This document shows positions 15,716 through 25,621 of a DNA stretch of 64,000 nucleotides, one piece after another. The stretch spans positions 97,017 through 161,016 of the forward strand of contig JACPCV010000005.1 of NCBI GenBank assembly GCA_016184345.1, given 5' to 3'. Position 1 is the stretch's first letter; the number at the start of each line of letters is the position of its first letter. The translations under genes were made by a program, and so were the position numbers. The notes under the pieces were generated by a model. That model searched no databases. It had not been told where the DNA came from and saw nothing but the letters and a program-made list of their open reading frames with translations. Origin of the DNA: Candidatus Woesearchaeota archaeon. GTDB lineage: Archaea > Nanobdellota > Nanobdellia > Woesearchaeales > UBA10216.

Positions 15716-17871
15716 TGTGGAAACTTCACAGTTGCCTTGCTAAGGCCCTTGAGCTCTTCAATCTTCTTCTCAATGTCATCTATTTCCTTATCAATGTTTT
15801 CAATGTCCTCATCACCATAACTGCCTGCTTCACCGGAATCATGCTCAACAGCTGCTGTTTCCTGCTGCGGAACGGCTTCCTCTTCGGCATCCGCAGTTTC
15901 AGGCAATGCGGCTCCTGTTCCTTCCGCTACTGCGGTTTCGGCACCTGCTGCGCCCTGCCTGCTATGCCAATCCAGCTCGCTGACAGGAACTTCCCTTGTC
16001 AGATGCAGAGGAGCCGGAAGCACATCCTTCTCAGGCTCGTACACTGGAGTAACATCAGAAGTGATTTTCTGGGCTGCTGTTGCAGGTGGCGGTTCGACCT
16101 GCTGCGCAATCGGGAGAAGCCCGATTTGCGCCTGCATGGCAGGGGCTTCTGACAGCAGTGCCTTGTAAAGGCGAAGCACTCTTTCCCTTACCCCTGACTT
16201 TTGCAGGGCAAAGCCCGGAGGCAGTGTGTTGTAAAGGGCCATAACACTTGAGTAGGCAGCATTGGCAGACTCAAAGTCTTTCCGCTTCACCTGGGCTTCG
16301 GCCTTGTCAAGAAGCTTCGTTATGTTTGAAATTGTTGAAGAGGAGCTGCTCGTTTCCACCTGCTTGGCTTTCTTCAGGTAAGCCTCGTAAGCCTGCACTA
16401 TCTGGTCCTGCAGCGTTGTTTCCTCGTGCAGGAAGCCCTTTGGCATTTTCAGGTAAAGCCGCTTGACCTTTTCGTACGCTGCCTCGGCTTCATCAAGCTC
16501 GCCCCTCGCAGTGTGAGAGTTCATGGCGCCAAGCAGTGTCGCGATTTCAGCAGACTTTGTCTTGAGCGTGCTGACCGATTCCTTTGTATAGATGGAGGTT
16601 ATTGCCGTGTGCAGCGGCACAATCTTCTCCTGCAAGGCAGCCTTCTCCTTGAGAAAACCTGCGGGAAGGCTGCTGTAAAGCTGCTTAACTTCCCTATATG
16701 CCTGGATTGCTGGCTCAATCTTGTAGTCCTTCAGCAGCTCCTGAATCTGGCTGATAAGCTCCCCCACCTGCCTGGCAGCCCTGTCAAACTTCTGCCTGAT
16801 GGCTTTCTCCCTTTCCCTCGCGAGGGTGCTGTAAAAAGCAAGCACCTTTTCCTGAATCTCTTTTTTTTCATCAATAAATCCAGGAGGCAGGGTTTCATAC
16901 TCGTGCTTGATAGCCTGGTAATACGATTCTGCAGTCTCAAACTCTCCCTTTCTCAGGAGCCTGTTGCCGGCATTCAGGAGCAGGGCTATCCTCTCCCCGG
17001 CCCTTTTGAGCTTTTCAAGGTTGGCCTGGTCAACGTTTTTGGCCAGGTCCTTGTTAAGCTTGACAAGGTCATCCTCCATCTGCCTCTTTTTCTCAATGAA
17101 CTCCTTTGCAAGGTTCTGGTGGGCAAACTTCAGCTTCTCGTAAAGGTCATTTGCTTCCTCAATCTTGCCTTCCTGCATGAGCTCGTACGCCTTCCCAAGC
17201 AGGTCCTTATAGTCCTTGGTCGCCTGGATGGACTGCAAAGTTGTAATCTGGTCGTAAAGCTTGTTCAGCTCTTCAATGGCAAGCCTTGCCTGCTCGTAAA
17301 GACGCGTGTAGGAAGAGCTGGCATAGTCAAACTTGCCTTCGCTGGCATGAGAAGCTGCCTCCTGCAGCTGTTCATCAAGCGACCTCATAAGCTCGTTAAG
17401 CCCGGCCTTTTTTTGCGGCACAATGTCAGCCTGGGTAACAAGCCTGTCATGCACTCCCTTAAGCTTTGAGAGCAGGTTGTAATAAGTTTGTTTCAGCAGG
17501 CCAAACTCGCCAGCTGTCTTTTCTTCACCGGCTTTTGACAGGATATCCCGCATGCTGCCAAGCTCAGTCTTCAGTTCAGAGAACTCAACGCCTTCGGCAG
17601 GCAAGCCTGATTCATGGCCGAGCTGCCTTGCCTTTGGGATTTCAGGGACAGCCACGTAAGGAGTGGTGAACTTGTACTTTACAATTACAAGGCCATCCTC
17701 TTCAAGAAAGTTTGCCCAGGCCTCAACCGTCTGCAAGCTGGCGCCAAGCTCCTTGGCAGCAGCTGCCATGGCTACCTCTTTAGACCTCCTTACAAGGTCA
17801 AGAAGCCTGTCAGCGCCTGTCTTTACCTCTTCAGGCATAGGCTCTTCTGATTCCTCAGCTTTTCCAACCAT
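15709..17871 (-). CDS. 720-aa repeat protein (~74-aa helical repeats with LPxGF motif), co-oriented with the pilus ATPase
   Basis: At least four clear repeats: Y.TLPPGFIDEKKEIQEKV, YSSLPAGFLKEKAALQEKI, YLKMPKGFLHEETTLQDQI, YNTLPPGFALQKSGVRERV. The N-terminus (LDLVRRSKEVAMAAAAKELGASLQTVEAWANFLEEDGLV) looks like a winged helix. The C-terminus is acidic. Confidence 0.7.
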   Translation of the reverse strand: MVGKAEESEEPMPEEVKTGADRLLDLVRRSKEVAMAAAAKELGASLQTVEAWANFLEEDGLVIVKYKFTTPYVAVPEIPKARQLGHESGLPAEGVEFSELKTELGSMRDILSKAGEEKTAGEFGLLKQTYYNLLSKLKGVHDRLVTQADIVPQKKAGLNELMRSLDEQLQEAASHASEGKFDYASSSYTRLYEQARLAIEELNKLYDQITTLQSIQATKDYKDLLGKAYELMQEGKIEEANDLYEKLKFAHQNLAKEFIEKKRQMEDDLVKLNKDLAKNVDQANLEKLKRAGERIALLLNAGNRLLRKGEFETAESYYQAIKHEYETLPPGFIDEKKEIQEKVLAFYSTLAREREKAIRQKFDRAARQVGELISQIQELLKDYKIEPAIQAYREVKQLYSSLPAGFLKEKAALQEKIVPLHTAITSIYTKESVSTLKTKSAEIATLLGAMNSHTARGELDEAEAAYEKVKRLYLKMPKGFLHEETTLQDQIVQAYEAYLKKAKQVETSSSSSTISNITKLLDKAEAQVKRKDFESANAAYSSVMALYNTLPPGFALQKSGVRERVLRLYKALLSEAPAMQAQIGLLPIAQQVEPPPATAAQKITSDVTPVYEPEKDVLPAPLHLTREVPVSELDWHSRQGAAGAETAVAEGTGAALPETADAEEEAVPQQETAAVEHDSGEAGSYGDEDIENIDKEIDDIEKKIEELKGLSKATVKFPQQ

Positions 17872-17996
17872 GTTAAACTACTCTTCAGCTCTTTTTGATG
17901 CAAAACCTGCTTTTTGATAGTGCTATGGCTACCACTTCTTTTTCTCATTGCCCACTTTAAGAACATTTTTAACTACTAAAGAATAAATAGCTGAAA

Positions 17997-18728
17997 TCAT
18001 GCCTCAGCTGCCTTCTCGCCAGCTTCAGCAGCCACTGCTGATTCTTCGCTTTCATTGCCTTCCTTTGCGCTAATCGCCACTTCAGCGGGATTCTCAGGCG
18101 CTGTGCCTCTCTCAGCAGCTGCTTCTTTCTCGCCAGCTTCTGCTGCGGATGCCGGCTCATGAGCCAGAAGCCACAGAGAAGTTATCTCTACAGCCTTCAA
18201 AGGGTAAATCTTCTTCAGGTCAGCCTTGACAGCCATCTGGAGCTTTGAAGTTATTATTTCATTGATCAGGGAATCAAAGGTGTGCTTCTTCACAATCTGC
18301 ACCAGGCTGTTAATGAGCATCTTCCTGACAGAGCGGTGCACTGCGCTGTTGGTTATCGTCTTGGTAATGGCCATGGGCTTAATCCTGACCCTGTTTCCGT
18401 CGCTGGTCTCGCAGACGAACGATTCATCAAGCCTGTCAGAGCCCCTCCTGACTATGCGCCTTATCGCAGAAGCAGCCATCTGGTAGCCGATGACGTCAGC
18501 AATGCCTGCCTCGCCTTCCATTGAATTCACTATGAACTTGAGGGTGACGGACTGCTGCCTTATGTCTCCGGTAAGGTTTGCAAGGTTGGCAGCGACAGTC
18601 TTGCCCATAAGCAGCTCAGGGCTGGCAACGTAGCATTCGCCAAGCAGCTCATTGTCAAAGAACTTGCTAGCCCTTATCTGCAGCCACTTCTTCTTGATAA
18701 CCTTCAATGCCTGTTTAGTCTCAGCCAT
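17997..18728 (-). CDS. rps3ae: 30S ribosomal protein S3Ae (eS1) with Ala/Glu-rich C-terminal extension
   Basis: KKKWLQIRASKFFDNELLGECYV...RIRRIVRRGSDR...KIYPLKAVEI. The last ~45 aa are low complexity. Confidence 0.85.
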   Translation of the reverse strand: MAETKQALKVIKKKWLQIRASKFFDNELLGECYVASPELLMGKTVAANLANLTGDIRQQSVTLKFIVNSMEGEAGIADVIGYQMAASAIRRIVRRGSDRLDESFVCETSDGNRVRIKPMAITKTITNSAVHRSVRKMLINSLVQIVKKHTFDSLINEIITSKLQMAVKADLKKIYPLKAVEITSLWLLAHEPASAAEAGEKEAAAERGTAPENPAEVAISAKEGNESEESAVAAEAGEKAAEA

Positions 18729-18780
18729 ACAGCTCCCGAGAATTAAGGGGTAATTTAAAAAGGTTACGATGGTCTGCGCC

Positions 18781-19698
18781 CTACTGTACGCGGTGATTTC
18801 CCACCAAATCCTCCAAAAGCTTTCTTTCCTCTGCCTCCCTTAGCAAAGCAGCCCTAGCGGTCATTGCCTGAAGTTTGCCAGCAGCACCCGAAGACGCGAC
18901 AATGCCTCTTGCTCTTTCATACAGCGATTGGCTGCCGTGAATCAATACGCCTTCCGAAATTATCTTGCAAGCGGCAGCTTCCTTTGGGGTGCTCATTGCC
19001 GCCTGCTCTTTTACGCGGTTAATGCTCTTGATTACATAGTCAACTTCCTCCCTTTCCCGTTTTAAAGCAGCCCATTTCAGGTCAAGCAGATTTTTATCAA
19101 ATGTATCCAGAATAGCTGCAGGAGCGTCTTCTGAATGAATTATGACGATGTCCAGATCAGAGCCCTTCACATATTCGCCGTTGACTTCCCTTCTGAAGTC
19201 AGAGGACATTCCATATGCCACATCACCGACCAGCAGAAAGCACATACCGACAGAAATGTCACTCTGCGGGTGGGCGTAACCAACGCGCCTCTCGCATTCT
19301 GCAATAATCCCTCTTGCCAAGGCCTTTTTGCCTTCGCTGACTTTGGCGTGATAATCCATAATCTGCTCTGCCTTGGCAGCAACCTCTTCAGTATTCATGC
19401 CCAGCACAGTGAAATCGGCGAACTCCCTCGGAATAGCTGGCGTTATCCCAAGCTTACCTGTATCCTTGTCAATCCTCAAATACCTTGTTCCAACGGTCTT
19501 TCTTGCCATGGCGCATGAGTTGGTGCAAACAGCCCAGAGATAAAAAATCAGCTCTCTGTCTTCATAATAATCAGCTCCAAACTGTTCAGTAATCTCCCTT
19601 CCCGTCAACGGGTCCCTTTCAGCAAGCACTTCGACTACGTCCTGCTCCGTTACGGAGCTTCCGCCTTTGCCACCACGGCCTATATTGGCCAATAACAT
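18781..19698 (-). CDS. Pol-beta-superfamily nucleotidyltransferase domain protein
   Basis: LLVGDVAYGMSSDF...GSDLDIVIIH fits the hG[GS]..D.D nucleotidyltransferase motif. Confidence 0.5.
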   Translation of the reverse strand: MLLANIGRGGKGGSSVTEQDVVEVLAERDPLTGREITEQFGADYYEDRELIFYLWAVCTNSCAMARKTVGTRYLRIDKDTGKLGITPAIPREFADFTVLGMNTEEVAAKAEQIMDYHAKVSEGKKALARGIIAECERRVGYAHPQSDISVGMCFLLVGDVAYGMSSDFRREVNGEYVKGSDLDIVIIHSEDAPAAILDTFDKNLLDLKWAALKREREEVDYVIKSINRVKEQAAMSTPKEAAACKIISEGVLIHGSQSLYERARGIVASSGAAGKLQAMTARAALLREAEERKLLEDLVGNHRVQ

Positions 19699-19800
19699 AT
19701 TATGCAGGGAATTAGTAGCTATTTTTTAACCTTTCTGATGAGGTAATGATTCTCACTAAAATTAGAAGGAAAGGCAGAGTTAAACATTGAACTGTGCTAA

Positions 19801-21741
19801 CTACACATCCAGATTCTTTACTTCCAATGCATGCGCTTCAATGAACATCCTTCTCGGCTCCACTTCCTCGCCCATAAGCAGCGTGAATATCTTGTCCGCT
19901 TCAACAGCGTCGTCAACACTGACTTTCAGCAGCACCCTCCTTTCAGGGTCCATTGTGGTTGACCATAGCTGCTCAGGGTTCATCTCGCCAAGGCCCTTGT
20001 ACCTCTGGAGTGAGATGCCATCCTCGCCAACCTGCTGCAGCAGCTCCTGAAGCTTTGCATCATTGTAGACATAATATTCCTTCCTGCCTTTTGCGACCCT
20101 GTAAAGCGGGGGTTGGGCAATGTAGACGTGGCCCTGCTCAATGAGCTGCCTCATGTACCTGAAAAAGAACGTAAGCAGCAAGGTCCGTATGTGGGAGCCG
20201 TCAACGTCAGCGTCGCACATCAGGATTATCTTGTGGTAGCGCAGCTTGCTGACGTCAAAATCATCCCCTACTCCAGTGCCGATTGCTGACGCAAGCGCTA
20301 CAATCTCCCTGTTTGCAAAAATCTTCAGCAGCCTGGCTTTTTCAACATTCAGAATCTTCCCCTTGAGCGGCAGCACTGCCTGGTATTCCCTGTTCCTCGC
20401 CTGCTTGCAGCTGCCACCTGCGCTGTCGCCCTCAACTATGAAAAGCTCGCAGGCAGCAGCGTCATTGCTGGAGCAGTCGGCAAGCTTGCCCGGAAGGGAG
20501 CTTCCCTCAAACAGGGTTTTCCTCCTCACGAGGTCCTTTGCCTTCCTTGCAGCCTCCCTTGCAGTTGCGGCATTAACGCACTTCTCAACTATGGCCCTTG
20601 CAACTTTCGGGTTCTCCTCAAAGAGCGTTGAAAGCGAAGGCCCGACTATTGACTCAACAAGCCCTTTTACTTCTGAGTTGCCGAGCTTCCTCTTGGTCTG
20701 GCCCTCGAACTGCGGCTCAGGAATCTTGACAGAAACAACGGCAGACATGCCCTCAACGGCGTCCTCGCTTGAAATCCTCACGTCCTTGTCAAGAAGCCCA
20801 TGCTTTTCGGCATAGCTGTTTATCGTCCTTGTAAGGGCTGTCCTGAAGCCCGAAAGGTGCGTGCCCCCTTCGGTGGTGTTTATCGTGTTGACAAAGCTGA
20901 AAATATTGGGAATGTAGCCCTCGTTGTACTGGAAGGCAGCATCAAGATGGGTTCCGTTTTTGTCTCCAGAAACGTAAACGACATCGTGCAGGGCCTTTTT
21001 GTTCTGGTTGATGAACTCAACAAAAGACTTTATGCCTCCATCGTACTTGAAAGAGTGCTCCTTGCCGGAGCGCTCGTCCCTTATTGAAATCTCCAGCCCT
21101 GTGTTCAGGAAAGCCAGCTCCCTCAGCCTGCTTGAAAGGATGTCAAAATTGAAGTCGGTTGTCTCAAAAATCGTGGCATCAGGCACAAACGTTACGGTAG
21201 TTCCGCTTTCACCTGCTGCTGCATCACCAATTAATTCCACTGGCGAAACAGGAACACCTTTTTCATACCTCTGGCTGCACACCTTGCCATCGCGCCTGAC
21301 CTCAACAGTCATGCTCGTAGAAAGGCCGTTGACAACCGAGACGCCAACGCCGTGCAGCCCGCCTGAGACCTTATAGCTTTTCTTGTCAAACTTGCCGCCA
21401 GCGTGGAGCTTTGTCATCACTACTTCAAGGGCGGTCTTGTTATACTGCGGCATGACATCAAAAGGAATCCCCCTGCCGTTATCAGATACTGTTACCGAGC
21501 CGTCAGGATGGATAACAACAGATACCCTGCTGCAAAATCCGGCAAGGGCCTCATCAACAGAATTATCCACAACCTCATAAACAAGGTGGTGCAGCCCTGT
21601 AATGCTTGTGCTGCCTATGTACATGCCGGGCCTTTTCCTTACCGACTCAAGCCCCTCAAGTACCTGGATGCTTGAGGCGTCATACGTGCCCTTCACTTTC
21701 TCATTAGCCTTGTCCGCTGTTGAATCTGCCATTTTTGCCAC
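19801..21741 (-). CDS. gyrB: DNA gyrase subunit B
   Basis: [31 protein letters not shown]-like motif, [47 protein letters not shown]. Confidence 0.95.
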   Translation of the reverse strand: MAKMADSTADKANEKVKGTYDASSIQVLEGLESVRKRPGMYIGSTSITGLHHLVYEVVDNSVDEALAGFCSRVSVVIHPDGSVTVSDNGRGIPFDVMPQYNKTALEVVMTKLHAGGKFDKKSYKVSGGLHGVGVSVVNGLSTSMTVEVRRDGKVCSQRYEKGVPVSPVELIGDAAAGESGTTVTFVPDATIFETTDFNFDILSSRLRELAFLNTGLEISIRDERSGKEHSFKYDGGIKSFVEFINQNKKALHDVVYVSGDKNGTHLDAAFQYNEGYIPNIFSFVNTINTTEGGTHLSGFRTALTRTINSYAEKHGLLDKDVRISSEDAVEGMSAVVSVKIPEPQFEGQTKRKLGNSEVKGLVESIVGPSLSTLFEENPKVARAIVEKCVNAATAREAARKAKDLVRRKTLFEGSSLPGKLADCSSNDAAACELFIVEGDSAGGSCKQARNREYQAVLPLKGKILNVEKARLLKIFANREIVALASAIGTGVGDDFDVSKLRYHKIILMCDADVDGSHIRTLLLTFFFRYMRQLIEQGHVYIAQPPLYRVAKGRKEYYVYNDAKLQELLQQVGEDGISLQRYKGLGEMNPEQLWSTTMDPERRVLLKVSVDDAVEADKIFTLLMGEEVEPRRMFIEAHALEVKNLDV

Positions 21742-21976
21742 TACTTCCCGCGTTCTTTGCTGCCTTTTCCCTATGTACAGAATTTGCCTTTCCGGGCATT
21801 TTTTAAGCTGTCTTACGGCTGTTCCGGACGCTGTTTTGTCGTCGGAAAACCATGCAAAAAACGATGCTTCGCCTATTTAAATAAGTTTCGGTCAGCAAAG
21901 GCGGAAAATGCCGGGAAAAACGCGGCAGTAGCCAGTGTCAGAAAGCTTAATAAGCGGTTGTAAATTCCCTTGCAGA

Positions 21977-23485
21977 ATGGCGATTGAATCAAGGCTGCGC
22001 ACCCTTAAACTAAGAGGCAAAATACAGGGGAAACGTCAGCCAAGCCTTGATGAAATAGTTGGGAGCGAGGCTGTACGGTCCGCAATAGCGCGCATTATTG
22101 AACACCAGGGCAGGGGCGGCTCGGGCGTTTCTGAATCTGAAAGAGAGCGTCTTACCCGCGAAGCTGAGAAGTCAGTGCAAAACTATTTTCTTGGCATGCG
22201 TGCAAATATAAAGCATCCTGCGTGGTTCTTTGGAAGACTTCTGGCTCAGTTCTCAGTGTGGGCAGCTTTCTCGGAAGTCAATGTTACAGCGCCGCAAAAA
22301 ACCATTGACACGCTTAGGAGAGGCAATGCAGCTGTTTACTCCAGCCACTTCGCTTTCGATGATATAGGGATACTCCCGGTAGTTTTTGAAAGGCACGGAA
22401 TAAAAAGCGTGTATTATTTTGGCGGTGAGAACCTCTACGATGTAGGCATAGAGGTGGAAAACCGACAGCCCCGAAGGGCTAACTACAGGGCGTACGCCAT
22501 AGGCTCTGCTGTTAACTACCTTGTTAATAACCTAGCTAACCCGGCATTCGGGCACATAAAAAGTGCAGCAAGCTATGTTCTCAAAAAGACAATCAACCCC
22601 GCAGCTAAAGGGGCGCTGAGCTACCTGCTCAGGAATTCAGGCTTTGTCTCAATTAAGAGAGGGAAGGGCATACAGGGTGAAGGTTCACGTGAAAATGCGC
22701 TCTTGTTTAAAGCAACATCACCCACTTATGCTCGCGAGCTTTGTGAAAATAGGAATGTCATTGTAAACTTTGCCGGGAGAGGCAGGCACCACGGAGGAAA
22801 AATTGAAAATGTAGACGCTTCAGCCACTAAGGGAATACTTGAAGCAGAAGCGGAAGCAATAACTGTAACGATTACTTATGATACCCCGCCGGAAGACACG
22901 CTGTTTGCCAATAGCCTGAACGGGCAAAAGTCCTTAAAAGCCTCTGCAAAGGCGAAAAGAAAAAGCGCTTCAGTTTTACAGGCTATCTGGCTTGCAGCAA
23001 AGAAATACCCGAGACTTATTTTCCCTTTTGTTGAAACTTATGGTGCTGTTCATGTTGTCTTCAGCGACCCGATGCCTGCAAGGGACTATTTTTCAGGCAC
23101 AAAACCTACCGATGCAGAAGTTGGCAAGTTCCATGAGTACCTGACTCAGCGCATCATACAAAACGTCACGCTCACGCCCAAAAGCGCAGTGGCGTTGGCA
23201 ATAGACACTTTGGGCAGCGAGAGGCTTACAGTGCCGTCTTTGGAAAAGGAAGTTGACCACCTTGTTAAAACTGCAAGAAGCACGAACATGCACATATCAG
23301 AAAAGCTCACTGGCCCTGCCAGCTATGTGCATGTAACCAAAGCAATCGATTATTTTGCCGCCAGGAAGGCCTTTGAGGTAAGCACTGTTGGCGTTGTCAA
23401 AATAACAAATCCGGCACTTCTGACATATTATGCAAACACTGTGGCAAAAACATTCAGCCAGCACATTCAGCAGGGCGTTCATTAA
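21977..23485 (+). CDS. Putative GPAT/PlsB-like glycerolipid acyltransferase (motif-level call)
   Basis: Block I H(X)4D: SSHFAFDDIG. Block II: GFVSIKRG (compare GAFFIRR). Block III-like: FAGRGRHHGG (compare FxEGGRSRxG). Block IV-like: ITVTITYD. The blocks are in the correct order. Confidence 0.4.
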   Translation: MAIESRLRTLKLRGKIQGKRQPSLDEIVGSEAVRSAIARIIEHQGRGGSGVSESERERLTREAEKSVQNYFLGMRANIKHPAWFFGRLLAQFSVWAAFSEVNVTAPQKTIDTLRRGNAAVYSSHFAFDDIGILPVVFERHGIKSVYYFGGENLYDVGIEVENRQPRRANYRAYAIGSAVNYLVNNLANPAFGHIKSAASYVLKKTINPAAKGALSYLLRNSGFVSIKRGKGIQGEGSRENALLFKATSPTYARELCENRNVIVNFAGRGRHHGGKIENVDASATKGILEAEAEAITVTITYDTPPEDTLFANSLNGQKSLKASAKAKRKSASVLQAIWLAAKKYPRLIFPFVETYGAVHVVFSDPMPARDYFSGTKPTDAEVGKFHEYLTQRIIQNVTLTPKSAVALAIDTLGSERLTVPSLEKEVDHLVKTARSTNMHISEKLTGPASYVHVTKAIDYFAARKAFEVSTVGVVKITNPALLTYYANTVAKTFSQHIQQGVH

Positions 23486-23525
23486 CCCCTGGCTTTATAT
23501 CTGTTGTTGATCCTCTGCTATAGCA

Positions 23526-24212
23526 TTACTTCCCGACCAGCCCAAGCTTCCTTATCCTGAGGTAGCCTGAGTTGCTGCTTTCCATGACTTTTTCCGCTTC
23601 CAGAATCTCGATTCTTTTCTTGAAGATTGGGCCATCCAGGACCATTGTTTCAGCCTCGCCGCCTTCAAAGCCCAGGTGGAACTTTGTCCTGCTGCTGATT
23701 GCCTTCAGCCGTTCAACCATCCCAAGGTCAAGCTCTTTGCCAAGCAGCTCCCCGCCAAGCCCTTCTGCAGAAACAGATATTATGACAACCTTGAATCCGG
23801 CAGCGATGATTTCCTTCAGGTAACTTTCAACGTCATAATGCCAGTAAGGGGCAAAGCACGCCAATCCGAGCTCCCTGCAGATTCTCTTAACCCTGTCCTT
23901 CTGGTAACCAGAAGCAAGCGCGCCAGCAACGACGCCTTCAATCCCGTATTTTTCCCGGGCGGCAGAAATTATTTTTTTTAAGTCGTCAAGCTCTTTCTCC
24001 TTTACGCCTGAAGTTTTTGCCTGCAGCAGCGGAATGCCGAGCGCCTCAGAATGGTAAGTGGTAAGCTCAACGTTGGGGACCTGGAACATGTAGCTGTCAT
24101 TCCGCTCAGGGATAAGAGTAATGAGGCACTTAACATTGTGCCCTGCCTTGAGAGCCCAATACAAGGTAAAGGTGCTGTCCTTGCCGCCGGAATATAATGC
24201 TGCCAGATTCAT
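23526..24212 (-). CDS. Diphthine-ammonia ligase-like ATP pyrophosphatase (MJ0570/Dph6 family)
   Basis: MNLAALYSGGKDSTF (SGGKDS PP-loop), followed by the ..EGGE..T family pattern. Confidence 0.8.
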   Translation of the reverse strand: MNLAALYSGGKDSTFTLYWALKAGHNVKCLITLIPERNDSYMFQVPNVELTTYHSEALGIPLLQAKTSGVKEKELDDLKKIISAAREKYGIEGVVAGALASGYQKDRVKRICRELGLACFAPYWHYDVESYLKEIIAAGFKVVIISVSAEGLGGELLGKELDLGMVERLKAISSRTKFHLGFEGGEAETMVLDGPIFKKRIEILEAEKVMESSNSGYLRIRKLGLVGK

Positions 24213-24248
24213 ATAGGCACAGGATTCAGGGGCTGCTCATAAAGCTTA

Positions 24249-24791
24249 CTACTTCCACTTAATCGAGCACCCAATTACCGGAGTTGTCTTTCTTGTGACA
24301 GCCCTGCCAGCTGCCAGCTCAGCGAGCGCATCCCCGAGATACTGTTTAGTAACAGCTTTCTCGTTCTCCCAGTTGTCATCCACACCGCCCTGGTAAGAAA
24401 GCCTGCCTGACCTGTCGAACACGAAAATATGAGGCGTAACCAGGGCGCCATAAGCCCTGGCTGTCTCTTGGCTTTCATCATGCAAGTAAGGGTAAGGGAA
24501 ACGCTTCTCCATCGCCCTGATTTTCATGCTCTCAAAGCTGTCCTGCGGATAAGCTGAAGCATCATTTGAGTTTATCGCAATGAATTGCGCCTTTGCGGAA
24601 AACTCCCTGGCAAGCCTGATGAGCCGGTTCTCGTAAGCCTGGGCATAAGGGCAGTGGTTGCATGTAAAAATAACAACAAGAATCTCCCTGTTGAGGAAAT
24701 ACCTGAGCATGTAGGTCTTGCCATCAACGCCAGGCAAGTCAAAATCTATAGCCATTGTCCCAATCTTAAGCTTAAAATCCTCAGATTCCAT
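24249..24791 (-). CDS. Thioredoxin-fold redoxin family protein
   Basis: ATG at 24791. AIDFDLPGVDGKTYML...VVIFTCNHCPYA contains a CxxC in a redoxin context. Confidence 0.75.
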   Translation of the reverse strand: MESEDFKLKIGTMAIDFDLPGVDGKTYMLRYFLNREILVVIFTCNHCPYAQAYENRLIRLAREFSAKAQFIAINSNDASAYPQDSFESMKIRAMEKRFPYPYLHDESQETARAYGALVTPHIFVFDRSGRLSYQGGVDDNWENEKAVTKQYLGDALAELAAGRAVTRKTTPVIGCSIKWK

Positions 24792-24801
24792 CCAAGACAC
24801 C

Positions 24802-25131
24802 TCACGCAATCCTGTATCCGTCCGCAACCTTCCTTTCAGGCTGCAGAAGCACAATTTCCTTGTTTTCCATCACAACGCCAAGAACGAGGCACTCTGAGAC
24901 AAAATTAGCTATCTGCTTTGGCGGGAAGTTGACAACAGCTATTACTTGTTTTCCCACCAGTTCCTTTTTGCCGTATAGCTTTGTTATCTGCGCACTTGAC
25001 TTCTTAATCCCATAGCTGCCGAAATCAACCGTGAGCTTGTAAGCCGGGTTTTTCGCTTCGGGAAAATCCTCAGCAGAGATTACAGTACCCGTCCTTATCT
25101 CTACTTTTTCGAAATCCTGCCAGGTTATCAT
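24802..25131 (-). CDS. csaA: tRNA-binding domain protein (CsaA/Trbp111-like)
   Basis: DFEKVEIRTGTVISAEDFPEAKNPAYKLTVDFG...VVNFPPKQIANFVSE. Confidence 0.85.
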   Translation of the reverse strand: MITWQDFEKVEIRTGTVISAEDFPEAKNPAYKLTVDFGSYGIKKSSAQITKLYGKKELVGKQVIAVVNFPPKQIANFVSECLVLGVVMENKEIVLLQPERKVADGYRIA

Positions 25132-25256
25132 GACTTTGCAAACTTAACAGCTGTTATAAAAATTTATCTGTGTGACAGCTATTTCTTGCCAGCAAAAAGT
25201 ATATAAACCGTCCGTCAACGCTTTCTTGATTGACCTTCTTTTCTAAAGAAGGTCAT

Positions 25257-25449
25257 GCCCCGGTAGCTTAGACGCTGCCAACAGCGGAGCAACAGGTAGA
25301 GCGTGTGACACTTCGGTGGCAATCCATCGAGAGCTACGAAGCTGTTACTTGCTTAGCAGGGACCACAAATCCTTTAAAAGGAGTGGAGGGTCGCCAGTTC
25401 GAGACGCTTCTAAGCTAGTGCTTGAAGCGAAAAATTCTGGCCCGGGGCG
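25257..25449 (+). tRNA. tRNA (isotype unresolved) with insertions in the D-loop, anticodon region and T-loop
   Basis: Acceptor GCCCCGG/CCGGGGC. D-arm GCTT-AGAC[~21-nt insert 25274-25294]GGTA-GAGC. T-arm GCCAG-TTCGAGA[~32-nt insert]-CTGGC. About 70 extra nt lie in the anticodon region. I could not assign the anticodon by eye. Confidence 0.65.
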
Positions 25450-25464
25450 CTTATTATTATCATC

Positions 25465-25611
25465 GGGCCCATAGTTCAGCTTGGCTAGAACGCCGCACAA
25501 CCTTTTTCACAAAAAGGTTGATCAAAAACCTTGGAAAAGGTTGGGCGAGTCTGATATTCGGTTAGCGAATCAGTCAGGCGGAGGTCCTCGGTTCAAGTCC
25601 GAGTGGGCCCA
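25465..25611 (+). tRNA. tRNA-Ile (GAT, tentative) with two introns
   Basis: Acceptor GGGCCCA/TGGGCCC, D-arm GTTC..GAAC, T-arm CTCGG-TTCAAGT-CCGAG. The anticodon arm reconstructs as CCGC[53 nt, 25497-25549]T-CTGATA[19 nt, 25557-25575]A-GGCGG. Confidence 0.6.
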
Positions 25612-25621
25612 TTTTTTCTCA

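Noticed and set aside
16426-17469. 347-aa plus-strand ORF, along with other long antisense ORFs such as 20246-20815, 36394-37179, 14520-15059 and 15059-15820.
   Set aside because: They lie entirely antisense to well-supported genes (the 720-aa repeat protein, gyrB, the coiled-coil protein, the ATPase). They have Leu/Ser/Pro-rich low-complexity translations typical of shadow frames and no start-site signals.
21742-21976. Expectation of gyrA adjacent to gyrB.
   Set aside because: No gyrA-like ORF lies on either side. The flanking genes are a nucleotidyltransferase-domain protein and the acyltransferase-like protein, so gyrA must be elsewhere. I did not treat this as an anomaly in itself.
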